A program made the position numbers and the translations under genes. Of a stretch of 64,000 bases of DNA, positions 1-10,366 are shown in pieces (position 1 is the stretch's first letter; every line of letters starts with the position of its first letter). Origin of the DNA: an uncultured Alphaproteobacteria bacterium. Lineage in GTDB: Bacteria; Pseudomonadota; Alphaproteobacteria; Rhizobiales; Xanthobacteraceae. Below the pieces are notes generated by a model. That model did not search any database and had not been told where the DNA came from. It saw nothing but the letters and a program-made list of their open reading frames with translations. The stretch covers positions 82,543-146,542 of the forward strand of contig CAVSGT010000007.1 of NCBI GenBank assembly GCA_963727555.1. The letters are read 5' to 3'.

Positions 1-71
1 CCAGCCGGGATCAACGGAGGCGCGGTTTATACGGGGTTTCGGGCAAAACGCAAGCTCGTCGCTGCCGCAGC

Positions 72-308
72 TCAGGCAGCTTGCGGCGGCTCTGGCTCTT
101 GGTTGTTTTGCAGCCGATCGGCGAGCTTGACCGCCAAATCGACGCCCTCGCGCAAGTGACGGACATCTTCCGGGCTGGTGGTCTCGGCCCGGCGCAGGAT
201 GTTGAGGGCTTCCAGCAAGCGGTCGAGATTGTTCGCCATCAATTTGTGGCGAAACTCCGCGTCGCCGCGGGCGCGCGCAAGGTCCTCGTCGGTCACCAAT
301 TCAGTCAT
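72..308 (-). CDS. small hypothetical protein (78 aa, predicted helical)
   Basis: ORF with normal high-GC codon usage, divergent from fabD; no recognisable motif. Confidence 0.55.
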   Translation of the reverse strand: MTELVTDEDLARARGDAEFRHKLMANNLDRLLEALNILRRAETTSPEDVRHLREGVDLAVKLADRLQNNQEPEPPQAA

Positions 309-450
309 AGCGCAGCCCTGAGATGCGAAGGCGGTATCTTACCGCCTGAGGGTTTTTGCTTAGTTACCGGCGCGGGCGTCCCTTGACAGGGCCCGTCTCG
401 GGGGTGTCTTTCGGCCCGATTTCGAAAAATTAGTAAAGGTTAACGGGGCA

Positions 451-1393
451 ATGGCGGTCGCTTTTGTTTTTCCGGGCCAGGGCAGTCAGGCGGTCGGCAT
501 GGGCAAGGCGCTGGCCGAGGCTTTCCCGGCCGCGCGGCAGGTGTTCGATGAAGTCGATGCGGCGCTCGGCGCCAAGCTCAGCACCATCATCTTCGAGGGA
601 CCGGCCGAGACCCTCACCCTGACCGAGAATGCCCAGCCGGCGCTGATGGCGGTGTCGCTCGCCGCGATGCGGGTGCTGGAGACGGAAGCCGGCGTCGACC
701 TGGCGCGCGATGCGCAATTCGTCGCCGGCCATTCGCTTGGCGAATATTCCGCGCTGGCGGCGGCCGGCGCCTTCAGCCGTCGCCGACGCGGCGCGTCTGC
801 TGCGGCTGCGCGGCCAATCGATGCAGAAGGCGGTGCCGGTCGGTGCCGGCGCCATGGCCGCGCTGCTCGGGCTCGACCTCGATGCCGCCACCGCGGTTGC
901 GGCCGAAGCCGCGCAAGGCCAGGTCTGCCAGCCCGGCAACGACAATGGCGCGGGGCAGGTGGTGTTGTCGGGCGACAAGGCGGCGGTCGAGCGCGCGGTC
1001 GAGATCGCCAAGGCGAAGGGCGCCAAGCGCGCGATGTTGCTCACGGTATCCGCTCCCTTCCATTGCGCTTTGATGCAGCCGGCCGCCGCGGTGATGGCCG
1101 AGGCGCTCGGCAAGACCGCGATCAAACCGCCGGTGGTGCCGGTCGTTTGCAATGTGCTCGCCAAGCCGATCCGAGATCCGGCCGAGATCGTCAAGGCGCT
1201 GGTCGCGCAAGTTACCGGCACTGTGCGCTGGCGCGAGTCGGTCGCCATGATGGCGGGCGCGGGTGTGACGGCGTTCTATGAGGTGGGAGCCGGTAAAGTG
1301 CTGAGCGGGCTGATCAAGCGCATCGCCGAAGGTGCGAGCGCGAGCGCCATCGGCACGCCGGACGATGTCGCCGCCTTCAAGGCACGCGGCTAG
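451..1393 (+). CDS. fabD: ACP S-malonyltransferase; +1 frameshift near 778
   Basis: N-terminal FPGQGSQ and active-site GHSLGEY in ORF 451..1281; SAPFH and EVGAGKVL in ORF 710..1393; extra C in TTC AGC C GTC. Confidence 0.93.
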
Positions 1394-1411
1394 CAGCGAG
1401 GAGAGCGATCG

Positions 1412-2149
1412 ATGTTCGATCTCACGGGCAAGAGCGCGCTGGTGACCGGCGCAAGCGGCGCCATCGGCGGCGCGATCGCGCGCGCGCTGCACGCCCAGGG
1501 CGCCACCGTCGCCGTCTCGGGCACGCGCCGCGAGCAACTCGACGCGCTGGCCGGCGAGTTGGCCGGTCGCGTGCACGTGTTGCCCTGCGATCTCGCCGAC
1601 GCAGCCGCGGTCGAGACGCTGGTGCCGAGCGCGGAACAGAAAATGGAAAAGCTCGACATCCTGGTGGCCAATGCCGGCATCGCGCGCGACAATCTGTTCG
1701 TGCAATTGCGCGACGAGGATTGGGAGCAGGTCATCGCCGTCAATCTGACGGCGACGTTCCGGCTCGCGCGCGCCGCGGTCAAAGGCATGATGCGCCGCCG
1801 CTTCGGCCGCGTGATCGGCATTTCCTCGGTGGTCGGCGTCACCGGCAATCCGGGCCAGAGCAATTACGTGGCCTCGAAGGCCGGCATGATCGGCATGATG
1901 AAGTCCGTGGCGGCCGAATACGCCAAGCGCGGCGTCACCGCCAATTGCATCGCGCCCGGCATCGTCGCCAGCGCCATGATCGACAAGCTCAACGACAAGC
2001 AGCGCGATACAATCCTGTCGCGCGTGCCGGCGGGGCGGCTCGGAACCCCCGCCGACGTGGCGGCGGCGGCTGTCTATCTGGCGTCCGATGAGGCCGGCTA
2101 CGTCACGGGTCAGACGCTGCACGTGAACGGCGGTATGGCCATGATTTGA
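1412..2149 (+). CDS. fabG: 3-oxoacyl-ACP reductase
   Basis: SDR motifs TGASGAIG, ANAG, NYVASK; lies between fabD and acpP. Confidence 0.95.
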   Translation: MFDLTGKSALVTGASGAIGGAIARALHAQGATVAVSGTRREQLDALAGELAGRVHVLPCDLADAAAVETLVPSAEQKMEKLDILVANAGIARDNLFVQLRDEDWEQVIAVNLTATFRLARAAVKGMMRRRFGRVIGISSVVGVTGNPGQSNYVASKAGMIGMMKSVAAEYAKRGVTANCIAPGIVASAMIDKLNDKQRDTILSRVPAGRLGTPADVAAAAVYLASDEAGYVTGQTLHVNGGMAMI

Positions 2150-2386
2150 CGGGAAGTGCTTGGCATTGTTGGGGTAAGACGGCTAGGCTGAGTCTGCTAG
2201 TCAACCGATTTGAAGTGTGGTAACCGAATTTCGGCCCGGCTGGGGCGGCCCGACGGCGGACTTTGCGATAACTCTAGTCTGCGATCGGAATGCCTCTCAC
2301 CACGTCAACCACGACGAGGCCTTAACCGCGACGGTTGTGATCCGATCTGGATCGCAGCCCAATCTTAAAAGCACGAGGTTGGAACG

Positions 2387-2626
2387 ATGAGTGACATTGG
2401 CGAGCGGGTCAAAAAGATCGTCGTGGAGCATTTGGGCGTAGAGCCCGACAAGGTGACCGAACAGGCCAGCTTCATCGACGACTTGGGCGCCGACAGCCTC
2501 GACACTGTCGAGCTCGTGATGGCTTTCGAGGAGGAATTCGGCTGCGAAATTCCCGACGACGCCGCAGAGACCATCCTGACCGTCGGTGATGCAATCAAAT
2601 TCCTCGAAAAGAACGCAAAAAGCTGA
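2387..2626 (+). CDS. acpP: acyl carrier protein
   Basis: [12 protein letters not shown] phosphopantetheine motif; 79 aa, acidic. Confidence 0.97.
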   Translation: MSDIGERVKKIVVEHLGVEPDKVTEQASFIDDLGADSLDTVELVMAFEEEFGCEIPDDAAETILTVGDAIKFLEKNAKS

Positions 2627-2730
2627 GCGCCGGCTCGCGGTCGCGCTATCGCTTCTCAATTCGTAGGCGTGCGAGCTATGCCCGCTATCTCGGTGCGTAG
2701 GGGGTGCCTCGTCTGGGCCGGAGCCCGACC

Positions 2731-3996
2731 ATGAGACGTGTCGTCGTCACCGGGATGGGAATGCTCTCGCCGCTCGCCTGCGGCGTCGAGCCGACGTGGG
2801 CGCGCCTGCTCAAGGGCGAGAGCGGCGCCAAGAAGGTCGACACCTTCGATGTCTCCGACGTCGCTTGCAAGATCGCCTGCATGGTGCCGCGCGGCGACGG
2901 CAGCAACGGCACCTTCAACGCCGACCAATGGATGGAGCCGAAGGAGCAGCGCAAGGTCGACGATTTCATCGTCTATGCCATGTGCGCGGCGCGCCAGGCG
3001 CTCGACGACGCCGGCTGGCATCCGCAAAGCTACGCCGAGCAGACCTCGACCGGCGTGCTGATCGGTTCCGGCATCGGCGGCGTCGAAGGCATCGCCTCGA
3101 CCGCCGTCACCTTGCACGAGCGCGGCGCGCGGCGGGTGTCGCCGTTCTTCATTCCCGGCCGCATCATCAATCTCGCCGCCGGCTACGTGTCGATCGCATT
3201 CGGCCTGAAGGGACCCAATCACGCGGTGGTCACCGCCTGCTCGACCGGTGCGCACGCCATCGGCGACGCCTCGCGCATGATCGCCCTTGGCGACGCCGAG
3301 GTGATGGTGGCGGGCGGCGCGGAATCGCCGGTCAACCGTATTTCGCTCGTCGGCTTTGCGGCGCTGCGCGCGCTGTCGACCGAATTCAACGACGATCCGA
3401 CCCGCGCCTCGCGGCCTTATGACAAGGATCGCGACGGTTTCGTCCTGGGCGAGGGCGCCGGCGTGGTGGTGCTGGAGGCGCTCGAGCACGCCAAGGCGCG
3501 CGGCGCCAAGATCTATGCCGAGGTCATCGGCTACGGCCTGTCGGGCGACGCCTATCATATCACCGCACCCGCGCCCGACGGCGACGGCGCGTTCCGCTGC
3601 ATGACCGCCGCCGTCAAGCGCGCCGGCATCGCGGCCGGCGACATCGACTACATCAACGCCCACGGCACCTCGACCCCGCTCGGCGACGAGATCGAGCTCG
3701 GCGCGGTGCAGCGCCTGGCCGGCAATGCCGCCGGCAATATCTCCATGTCCTCGACCAAGTCCTGCATCGGCCATCTGCTGGGCGCGGCCGGCGCGGTGGA
3801 GGCGATCTTCTCCATGCTCGCCATCCGCGACGGGATCGCACCGCCGACGATCAATCTCGACAACCCTTCGGTCGAGACCCCGATCGATTTGGTGCCGCAC
3901 AAGGCGCGCAATCGCAATATCGATACGGTGCTGTCGAATTCATTCGGCTTCGGGGGCACCAATGCATCGCTGATCTTGCGGCGGTTTGCCGAGTAG
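2731..3996 (+). CDS. fabF: beta-ketoacyl-ACP synthase II
   Basis: MRRVVVTG start, TACSTG, NAHGTST, GHLLGAAG, SNSFGFGG. Confidence 0.96.
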   Translation: MRRVVVTGMGMLSPLACGVEPTWARLLKGESGAKKVDTFDVSDVACKIACMVPRGDGSNGTFNADQWMEPKEQRKVDDFIVYAMCAARQALDDAGWHPQSYAEQTSTGVLIGSGIGGVEGIASTAVTLHERGARRVSPFFIPGRIINLAAGYVSIAFGLKGPNHAVVTACSTGAHAIGDASRMIALGDAEVMVAGGAESPVNRISLVGFAALRALSTEFNDDPTRASRPYDKDRDGFVLGEGAGVVVLEALEHAKARGAKIYAEVIGYGLSGDAYHITAPAPDGDGAFRCMTAAVKRAGIAAGDIDYINAHGTSTPLGDEIELGAVQRLAGNAAGNISMSSTKSCIGHLLGAAGAVEAIFSMLAIRDGIAPPTINLDNPSVETPIDLVPHKARNRNIDTVLSNSFGFGGTNASLILRRFAE

Positions 3997-4089
3997 CGTT
4001 TGCGGGGAGTTCGTGTTACCCCTCTCTTTCGCCATAATTTTTGCTAACGTGCGAAAGCTACTCACGTTTTTGGTAGCGGGGACGAACGC

Positions 4090-5311
4090 GTGAACTCCAT
4101 GCCATCGCCAAATGCCGGCCCGCCGACGGGGCAGTCGACCCCAAAGCCGGCGTCGCTGCAGGTCACCCCGCGCAGCCCGCGCGTTGCCTTGCAGCCGCAA
4201 CGCGTTCCCATGCCGGTGCGCCGGTCGCAGCGCGTGCGCCATCCGCTGGTGATCGCGGGCAATGCGGTGTTCACGCTGCTGATCCTGATCGCGGTCGTCG
4301 CCGGCGGCGCGCTCTATCTCGGCAAACAGCGCTTTGAAGCACCCGGACCGCTCGCCCAGGCCACGGTCGTGAACATTCCGCGCGGTCTCGGCACCCGCGA
4401 AATTTCCGACCTGTTGGAACGCGAAGGGGTGATCGACCAGCCTTGGGTCTTTGTCGGCGGCGTGCTGGCGCTCAAGGCGCGCGGCGGCCTCAAGCACGGC
4501 GAATATGAGTTCCCCGCCCATGCCAGCATCGCCGACGTGGTCGACACCATCGCCGAGGGCAAGGTGGTGCAGCACTCGGTCACCATCCCCGAAGGCTTAA
4601 CCTCCCAGCAGATTGTCGCGCACCTGCTGCAGGAACTCTTCGCTCACCGGGCAGATCGCTGAAATCCCGCGCGAAGGCACGCTGCTGCCGGAGACCTACA
4701 AGTTCACGCGCGGCATGTCGCGCGAGCAGATCATCCACCGCATGCAACAAGAGCAACAGCGCGTGCTGAAGGAGGTGTGGGACCGCCGCGAGCCGGGCCT
4801 GCCGCTGAAGACGCCGGCGCAACTGGTGACGCTGGCCTCGATCGTGGAGAAGGAGACCGGCCGGGCAGACGAGCGTTCGCGCGTGGCGGCCGTATTCATC
4901 AACCGGCTCAAGAGCCGCATGAAGCTGCAATCCGATCCGACGATTATCTATGGCCTGACCGGCGGCAAAGGCTCGCTCGGCCATCCGTTGCTGAAAAGCG
5001 AGATGGAACAGCCCAATCCCTATAACACCTATATGATCGACGGGCTGCCGCCGGGACCGATCGCCAATCCCGGCCGCGCCGCGCTGGAAGCCGTGGCCAA
5101 TCCGGCGCGCACCAAGTATCTGTATTTCGTCGCTGACGGCACCGGCCACCACGTGTTTTCGGAATCCTACGAGCAGCACCAACGGAATGTGGCGAAGCTG
5201 CGTGCGTTCGAGCGTGCGGCCGCAGCGCCGGCAAATCCGGCCAAGGCCGACCATGGCGACGGCAAGGATGCCAAGCCGGCCGATGCCAAGTCCGGCAACG
5301 CCAAACACTAG
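4090..5311 (+). CDS. mltG: endolytic transglycosylase MltG (YceG); +1 frameshift near 4635
   Basis: N-terminal TM segment, TIPEG, EGTLLPETY, ASIVEKET, LQSDPT, PPGPIANPG split over two ORFs. Confidence 0.9.
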
Positions 5312-5403
5312 GGGCGTCTCTGTATTCATGCGGCTTGTGACCGCCGGAACCTGCCGGTAAGGTCCGCCCGCTTTTGCCTTTCACCAACGCGAGACTCTCT
5401 TTC

Positions 5404-6291
5404 ATGGCGTTGTCGAGCATGACCGGCTTCGCGCGCGGCCACGGCGTCGCCGGCGCCTATGCCTGGGCTTGGGAAATCAAGTCGGTCAACGCCAAGGGTC
5501 TCGACGTGCGGCTGCGGCTGCCGCCGGGCTGGGACGCGGTCGAAGTCCTGGCGCGGACGCAGGCGGCTGCGAAGCTCGCCCGCGGCACCGTCTATGCCAA
5601 CCTCACGGTCGACCGCCGCGGTGTCGCGCCGGCGGTCAAAGTCAACGAGCCGGTGCTGGCCGCCGTGCTGGCGACGTTGAAGGGCCTTGCCGGCAAGGTC
5701 GATGCGGCGCCGCCAAGCCTCGACGGCATTCTTGCGCTCAAGGGCGTCATCGAGGTCACCGAAACCGACGAAGGCGAAGCAGAAAAGACCGCGGCCGAAG
5801 GCGCGATCGTCGCCGGCTTCACTGCGGCGCTTACCGACCTTGTCGCCATGCGCCACGCCGAGGGCAAGACGCTTGGCGCATTGCTGTCGGCGCGGCTTGC
5901 CGAAATCTCCGCGCTTGCTGACCGCGCCGAGAAAGCGCCCGGCCGCAAGCCGGAGGCGATCAAGGCGCGGCTTGCCGAGCAGGTGGCGACGCTGTTGTCA
6001 GCCTCGCAACGCTTCGATTCCGACCGATTGCACCAGGAAGCGATCATGCTCGCCAGCAAGGCCGACATCCGCGAGGAGCTCGACCGGCTGGCTTCGCATG
6101 TGGCGCAGGCACAGAAGCTGATCGCTGACGGCGGCGCCATAGGCCGCCGGCTCGACTTTTTGGCGCAGGAGCTCAATCGCGAATCGAATACGCTCACCGC
6201 CAAGGCCAACGACGTCGAGCTCACCAATATCGGGCTTGAACTCAAGAGCGTGGTCGAGCAATTCCGCGAGCAGGTGCAGAACCTGGAGTGA
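5404..6291 (+). CDS. yicC: YicC/YloC family endoribonuclease
   Basis: MALSSMTGFAR, EIKSVN, GRRLDFLAQELNRESNT, EQFREQVQNLE. Confidence 0.93.
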   Translation: MALSSMTGFARGHGVAGAYAWAWEIKSVNAKGLDVRLRLPPGWDAVEVLARTQAAAKLARGTVYANLTVDRRGVAPAVKVNEPVLAAVLATLKGLAGKVDAAPPSLDGILALKGVIEVTETDEGEAEKTAAEGAIVAGFTAALTDLVAMRHAEGKTLGALLSARLAEISALADRAEKAPGRKPEAIKARLAEQVATLLSASQRFDSDRLHQEAIMLASKADIREELDRLASHVAQAQKLIADGGAIGRRLDFLAQELNRESNTLTAKANDVELTNIGLELKSVVEQFREQVQNLE

Positions 6292-6295
6292 GGCG

Positions 6296-6949
6296 ATGGC
6301 GCGTATGCGGCAACAGGGGACAAACGTCGCCCGGCGCGGGCTGATGCTGGTGCTGTCGTCGCCCTCGGGCGCCGGCAAGACCACGCTGTCGCGCATGCTG
6401 CTGGAGCAGGACGGCGGCGTGATGCTGTCGGTATCGGTCACCACACGGGCAAAGCGTCCCGGCGAGGTGGATAGACGCGACTACCATTTCATCAATCGCA
6501 AGCAATTCGATGCGCTCGTCCGCGAAGACGAGCTGCTGGAATGGGCCGAGGTGTTCGAGAATTGCTACGGTACGCCGGCGAAACCGGTGATGGACGCGCT
6601 CGCGTCCGGCCGCGACGTGATGTTCGACATCGACTGGCAGGGCACCCAGCAATTGCGTGAGAAGGCGCGCGGCGACCTGGTGAGCGTGTTCGTGTTGCCG
6701 CCGTCGGTGCCGGAATTGGAGCGGCGGCTGCGCAGTCGCGCCCAGGACGATTACGAGACCATTCACCGCCGCATGGCCAAGGCCGCCGACGAGATGAGCC
6801 ATTGGGCGGAATACGACTACGTGGTGATCAACCGCGAGCTTGATGCCACTTTCGCGGACGTGAAGGCGATCCTTGCCGCCGAGCGCCTGAAGCGCGAGCG
6901 CCAGCCCGGACTGTCCGATTTCGTGCGCGCGCTGCAGGCGAAGCTTTAG
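6296..6949 (+). CDS. gmk: guanylate kinase
   Basis: P-loop SSPSGAGKTT, SVTTR, DIDWQG; follows yicC. Confidence 0.95.
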   Translation: MARMRQQGTNVARRGLMLVLSSPSGAGKTTLSRMLLEQDGGVMLSVSVTTRAKRPGEVDRRDYHFINRKQFDALVREDELLEWAEVFENCYGTPAKPVMDALASGRDVMFDIDWQGTQQLREKARGDLVSVFVLPPSVPELERRLRSRAQDDYETIHRRMAKAADEMSHWAEYDYVVINRELDATFADVKAILAAERLKRERQPGLSDFVRALQAKL

Positions 6950-6994
6950 GGCGCGAACGCGTCGGCACCAAACGGTAGCGCAGAAGAGCCGCCG

Positions 6995-7703
6995 TCACTT
7001 GGCGCGTGAAAAGTAACTCGGCCACCGCGATAGACGCGCCGTAATCGTCTTTTGCCGCAACTCGTTGCGCTCCTTGGCAATAGCCAGCAGAAGGAACGCG
7101 ACCGCGATTGTGAACAATATCGAGCCGAAGCTAATCGTCGTGAGCCACGCACTGGAATACAAGTGATTGTCGGTCGTCCAGGGCAATAATGCGCTGAGCG
7201 GGGTGCGCAGTAGGACCTGTGCGCCGAAGGCGGCCAATACGAGGATGGTCGGCCATCGCGAAATCAGCTGATCGTCGCGATCGCGCCAGAACTCGTATGC
7301 GGCAAGCCATGTATAGGCGGTAATAATACCGGTCCCGAGCAGGATGCGAATATTCTGGGAGTCGAACAGGTGCGGCAGTCGGCTGGCGATCAGCCAAAGC
7401 GCGGCGCCGGCGATAAGCGCAAGCGGTTGCACGGAGCGCCCGCCGAATACGCGCGCGCCCATCCAAGTTGAGGCAAACGAGATAAACAATATCGCGTTGG
7501 CAAGATCGATGGTGATCAGATCGGTGGTTGTTCCATACATGCCGAAGAGGGCGATGGAGCAGGCCCGCAACAAATAGGCAAACCCCCACCAGGCTACCGC
7601 ATAGATGCCTGTGTTCTGCACCCAGGCAAATAACAAGAGCAGCCCAAGCATCGCTTCAATATCGACGGTCATTAAGAAGAAGCGAATCTAGACCAACTTG
7701 CAT
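6995..7703 (-). pseudogene. multi-TM membrane sensor domain of the rhizobial GGDEF-protein type, with no GGDEF domain; possible frameshift near 7680
   Basis: About 7 hydrophobic segments (EAMLGLLLLFAWVQN...LANAILF...LLLAIAKER); ends about 24 aa after AKER with no DxLTG/GGDEF and no room for one before gmk; upstream ATG at 7703 is out of frame by 1 nt. Confidence 0.55.
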
Positions 7704-7985
7704 TGGCAGGCATCCATAGAACCGCCCGGCGCGGAGGCAGCGCGCTGATAGCTGCAATCCTAACGATTAATGAATGAACAATCGGATAATTCGGCGATAT
7801 CACGCCCGGTACAATTGCCGCAGCCCTTCCGCCATCCTTAGCATTCGATGAAAACTCGAAGCTCGTGCCGACAGTGGCATGATACCTACCAATCATCGCT
7901 TTGCAGAGCCTTCGGATTTGCTACCCTGCTTTGCGATGGGCGTCGTCGTGGTGCCTTATGGGCATCAAAGAAAGGGAGGATCGAA

Positions 7986-8261
7986 ATGCCGGTAGCCCTC
8001 GCTATCCATCGTCTCAAAGACTTCGATACGTGGATCAAGATCTTCAAGGAAAATCCGCCGCCGCCGGTCGGCCGTTGGCGCATGCTGCGCGGAATCGACG
8101 ATCGCAACCGCGTTCACGTCGTCGGTGAACTGGCCGCGTCCGAAGTCCAGACCGTCAGGGATTTTCTCGCCTCGGAGCGGATGCAGGACGTGTTCAAGCG
8201 CGTCAACGCGATGTCGACGGCGCCGATCGAATTCATCTTTCTGGATGAGCCGACACCTTAG
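7986..8261 (+). CDS. hypothetical protein (91 aa), possibly dimeric alpha/beta-barrel-like
   Basis: Strong RBS GGGAGGA before ATG; pattern H-R-L-K-D-F-D-T-W...RGIDDRNRV. Confidence 0.65.
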   Translation: MPVALAIHRLKDFDTWIKIFKENPPPPVGRWRMLRGIDDRNRVHVVGELAASEVQTVRDFLASERMQDVFKRVNAMSTAPIEFIFLDEPTP

Positions 8262-8547
8262 CCGCCGCGTTACGCCGTCGGCACCACGCCGGCCGCTCTG
8301 GCGCGGCCTGCGTGCATTGGTCGCGCGCCCGCGCGCCGTCGAATAGCCCGCACATAACTTGCTGGCCGGCCTGAAGAATATCTCAGCCTGTTATCGTTGG
8401 CTGGGCGCGCGGGTGCGCGTCCGTGTCACGAAACCTTTGACATCCACGCCTACTATTTCCGGCTGAGTGTCTTTCGCCTTTGCGGAAGGCGCGGGTGGCA
8501 ACACGTTTGGCTGTCACTCCGGCATCAAGAGTGAAGTGGAAACGAAA

Positions 8548-9186
8548 ATGGGCCTGCTGGCGAAAGAGTATTTTCTGCTGTTCCCGACCGGGCTGTTCGC
8601 GGGGACGCTCCCCGATATGGCCGTGTGTGACCGCGTCGAGAAAAAACTGCGGGCCATGCAGGCGGCAGGTCAAGGCGCCGTAGCGAATACGTTCTTGCGG
8701 TCTTTTATGACCATGGACAACCTGCATACGCTTCCGGAAATGAAAGATCTGGTTGACGTGATCATGGAGGAAGCCAGGCTGATCCTGGACCTTCACCAAA
8801 TAAGAAGGGATTCGCATTACATAACGAGCATGTGGGCGAATATCACCAGCCCCAATCGCCGGCACAATACGCACATGCACCCGAATTGTTTGCTGAGCGG
8901 CGTCGTCTATATCAAAACGCCAAAAGACTGCGGAAAGACGTTGTTCTTTTCGCCACGCCATCTTGCGAACGCGATGGCCCCTGACCTTCTCGAAAAGAAC
9001 GAACTGAATGCCGATACATTCATATTCCCGGTGGAAAAAGGCCGCATGGTGATTTGGCCAAGCTATCTTCCGCACGCTGTCGACAATGGAAATGCGAACG
9101 AAGAAGAAGACAGAATCGTGGTCGCGTTCAACATCATGATCCGCGGGCGCGTCGATATGCTCACGGCAAGAATAGAATTGGCCTGA
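8548..9186 (+). CDS. putative 2OG-Fe(II) oxygenase (TIGR02466-like)
   Basis: MWANI, HMHPNCLLSGVVY, WPSYLPHAV, RIVVAFN motifs. Confidence 0.8.
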   Translation: MGLLAKEYFLLFPTGLFAGTLPDMAVCDRVEKKLRAMQAAGQGAVANTFLRSFMTMDNLHTLPEMKDLVDVIMEEARLILDLHQIRRDSHYITSMWANITSPNRRHNTHMHPNCLLSGVVYIKTPKDCGKTLFFSPRHLANAMAPDLLEKNELNADTFIFPVEKGRMVIWPSYLPHAVDNGNANEEEDRIVVAFNIMIRGRVDMLTARIELA

Positions 9187-9200
9187 ACCGCCCGGATTGC

Positions 9201-10250
9201 TTAAGTCGTCAGCACCATGCGGCCGACGATGCGGCCGGCGCGCAGGTCGTCGAGCGTTTGCGAGGCCTGGTCGAGCGGCCGTTCCGCGATCGGTGGCGGT
9301 GCGATGTTCTTCTCGCGCACCAGGTCGATCAGTTCGCGTGCTTCGGCCAGCGTTCCGGTCTGCGTGCCCTCGATGGTCATGGCTTTAAGCGGGAACATGG
9401 CGACCGCGGTCGCATAGCCGCCGCCGAGCAGCCCGGTGATCACCACCTTGCCGCCTTTGGCCAGCATGCCGGTCGCGAAATTAAGCGACTTGTCGGAGCC
9501 GACGAAATCGATTGCGGCGTAGATACCGCCGCTCGCCTTCATGAGCGCCTTGCGCGTGGCCGGATCGGCCGGATCGAACACCGCTTCGGCGCCGGCGGCG
9601 AGCGCGGCCTCGCGTTTCTTGGCGTCGATATCGGCAACGTAGGGCGCGGTGCCGTACATGGCGCGCGTTAGCGCCAAGCCCATCAGCCCGACACCGCCGG
9701 CGCCGACCAGCAGCAGCGGCGCGCGATCGGCGCGGCTTTCGAGCCGCTTGAGCGCGGCATAGGCGGTAAGCCCCGAGCACATCAGCGCGCCGGCATAGGA
9801 CGCCGACAGCGGCGCGTAGTCGATCAGATAGCGCGGATGCGGCACCAGCACATGGGTGGCGTAGCCGCCGTCGACCATGATGCCGAGATGGCGCGGGGCG
9901 GCGCAGATGTTCTCATCGCCCACTTTGCAGGCCGGGCATTGGCCGCAGCCGATCCACGGGTACACCGCGACCGCAGCGCCCGGTTTGGCGTCGGCATCGG
10001 GACCGGCGCTGTCGACGACGCCGGCGATCTCATGGCCGAGGGTGAAGGGCAAAGTGCGGCCGGCGCGCACGTCGAGCTGCTTGCCGTCGCCGAGCAGGAA
10101 ATAGCCGTCCTGCATGTGCAGGTCGGAATGGCAGACGCCGCAGCGCGCAATCCGCACCAGTACTTCGGTGCCTTGCGGGCGTGGGGCCTCCACCACGGTT
10201 TCGCACAAGGGAGCGCCATAGGCGGTCAAAGATTGGCGGTGCATTTGCAT
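9201..10250 (-). CDS. Zn-dependent alcohol dehydrogenase (MDR family)
   Basis: CHSDLH, GHE, CGQCPAC...C structural Zn site, GAGGVG. Confidence 0.92.
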   Translation of the reverse strand: MQMHRQSLTAYGAPLCETVVEAPRPQGTEVLVRIARCGVCHSDLHMQDGYFLLGDGKQLDVRAGRTLPFTLGHEIAGVVDSAGPDADAKPGAAVAVYPWIGCGQCPACKVGDENICAAPRHLGIMVDGGYATHVLVPHPRYLIDYAPLSASYAGALMCSGLTAYAALKRLESRADRAPLLLVGAGGVGLMGLALTRAMYGTAPYVADIDAKKREAALAAGAEAVFDPADPATRKALMKASGGIYAAIDFVGSDKSLNFATGMLAKGGKVVITGLLGGGYATAVAMFPLKAMTIEGTQTGTLAEARELIDLVREKNIAPPPIAERPLDQASQTLDDLRAGRIVGRMVLTT

Positions 10251-10261
10251 AGGCGTTCTCG

Positions 10262-10365
10262 GCTGTCATCATCCGCGAAAGCGGATGATCCAGTAATCAC
10301 AGGTGTCGAGCTAAATCTCAAGCGCCCTGACTGCTGGATGCCCCGCCTTCGCGGGGCATGACAGC
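10262..10365. repeat. palindromic REP/RPE-like intergenic element
   Basis: Terminal inverted repeat GCTGTCAT...ATGACAGC; internal hairpins TCATCCGC-GAAA-GCGGATGA and ATGCCCCGC-CTTC-GCGGGGCAT joined by CCAG...CTGG. Confidence 0.8.
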
Positions 10366-10366
10366 G

